From assembly GCF_022846255.1 (NCBI RefSeq), contig NZ_AP025682.1: a DNA stretch of 64,000 nt. One strand, given 5' to 3'. Each line of letters starts with the position of its first letter. The first letter of the stretch is position 1. Both the position numbers and the translations under genes were made by a program. The notes below the pieces were generated by a model. It saw nothing but the letters and a program-made list of their open reading frames with translations, did no database searches and was not told where the DNA came from. Below, one piece after another: positions 63,050 through 64,000 of the stretch. This stretch comes from Escherichia coli (GTDB lineage Bacteria; Pseudomonadota; Gammaproteobacteria; Enterobacterales; Enterobacteriaceae).

Positions 63050-64000
63050 ATGAACGATGAAATGAAAGGTAAAAGCGGCAAGGTCAAAGTGATGTATGTC
63101 CGCAGTGATGATGATTCTGATAAACGTACCCACAACCCGCGTACCGGGAAAGGGGGCGGGCGTCCAGGAAAATCTCGTGCTGACGGTGGCCGTCGCCCCG
63201 CCCGCGATGACAAACAGAGTCAGCCCCGTGACCGCAAGTGGGAAGAGTCGCCGTGGCGCACAGTTTCCCGCGCGCCGGGTGATGAGACGCCGGAAAAGGC
63301 CGATCACGGTGGCATCAGTGGTAAAAGTTTTATTGATCCGGAAGTGTTGCGTCGTCAGCGTGCGGAAGAAACCCGCGTCTACGGCGAAAATGCCTGTCAG
63401 GCACTGTTCCAGAGCCGTCCGGAAGCGATTGTTCGCGCCTGGTTTATCCAGAGTGTAACGCCGCGTTTTAAAGAAGCCTTGCGCTGGATGGCAGCAAACC
63501 GCAAAGCGTACCATGTGGTAGATGAAGCGGAACTGACAAAAGCGTCAGGCACGGAACATCACGGCGGCGTTTGCTTCCTGATCAAAAAGCGTAACGGTAC
63601 AACCGTGCAGCAGTGGGTAAGCCAGGCAGGCGCGCAGGATTGTGTACTGGCGCTGGAAAACGAATCTAACCCGCATAACCTGGGTGGCATGATGCGCAGC
63701 TGCGCGCACTTCGGCGTGAAAGGCGTTGTGGTGCAGGATGCGGCACTGCTGGAGTCGGGGGCGGCTATCCGTACCGCAGAAGGCGGCGCAGAGCACGTTC
63801 AGCCGATTACTGGCGACAACATTGTTAACGTGCTGGATGATTTCCGTCAGGCAGGTTACACCGTAGTGACCACTTCCAGCGAGCAGGGGAAACCGCTGTT
63901 CAAAACCAGTCTGCCAGCGAAAATGGTACTGGTGCTGGGTCAGGAATATGAAGGGTTACCGGATGCCGCACGCGATCCGAACGATTTGCGCGTGAAGATT
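63050..64000 (+). CDS. yfiF: SpoU/TrmH-family RNA methyltransferase YfiF, 5' partial (317 of about 345 codons; continues past window end)
   Basis: ATG at 63050 opens a frame with no stop to the window edge ([17 protein letters not shown]...), with a basic N-terminal region followed by a SpoU methylase domain; absent from the ORF track because it is open-ended. Confidence 0.85.
   Translation, partial: MNDEMKGKSGKVKVMYVRSDDDSDKRTHNPRTGKGGGRPGKSRADGGRRPARDDKQSQPRDRKWEESPWRTVSRAPGDETPEKADHGGISGKSFIDPEVLRRQRAEETRVYGENACQALFQSRPEAIVRAWFIQSVTPRFKEALRWMAANRKAYHVVDEAELTKASGTEHHGGVCFLIKKRNGTTVQQWVSQAGAQDCVLALENESNPHNLGGMMRSCAHFGVKGVVVQDAALLESGAAIRTAEGGAEHVQPITGDNIVNVLDDFRQAGYTVVTTSSEQGKPLFKTSLPAKMVLVLGQEYEGLPDAARDPNDLRVKI

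Overview
This window is a contiguous stretch of Escherichia coli core chromosome, running from the first codons of emrB through emrRA, ygaZH, proVWX, nrdHIEF, stpA, the gab/csiD cluster, tmRNA (ssrA), smpB, recN, grpE, ffh, the rpsP-rimM-trmD-rplS operon, yfiBNR, aroF-tyrA, pheLA, raiA, bamD, rluD, clpB, a complete rRNA operon of rrnG type (16S, tRNA-Glu, 23S, 5S), kgtP, pssA, patZ, trxC and the start of yfiF. Gene identities come from recognising the translated ORFs and RNA sequences; I could not run any database search. Every ORF longer than about 100 aa is either one of these well-known genes or lies antisense to one. I found no CRISPR array, no prophage or integrase, and no candidate for an undescribed multi-gene system. 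What is unusual is strain-level variation: (1) a complete IS4 element with 13-bp target-site duplication is inserted into the bamD terminator hairpin upstream of raiA; (2) the 3' end of ssrA, where K-12 carries the CP4-57 prophage, is unoccupied and sits about 680 bp from csiD; (3) ygaY is an intact MFS transporter gene, whereas I recall it as a pseudogene in K-12; (4) the yfjD start position supported by a Shine-Dalgarno sequence carries CTG. The strain is therefore E. coli but not K-12 MG1655. Coordinates of gene starts were adjusted from the ORF track where a known N-terminus or ribosome-binding site indicated a shorter product.
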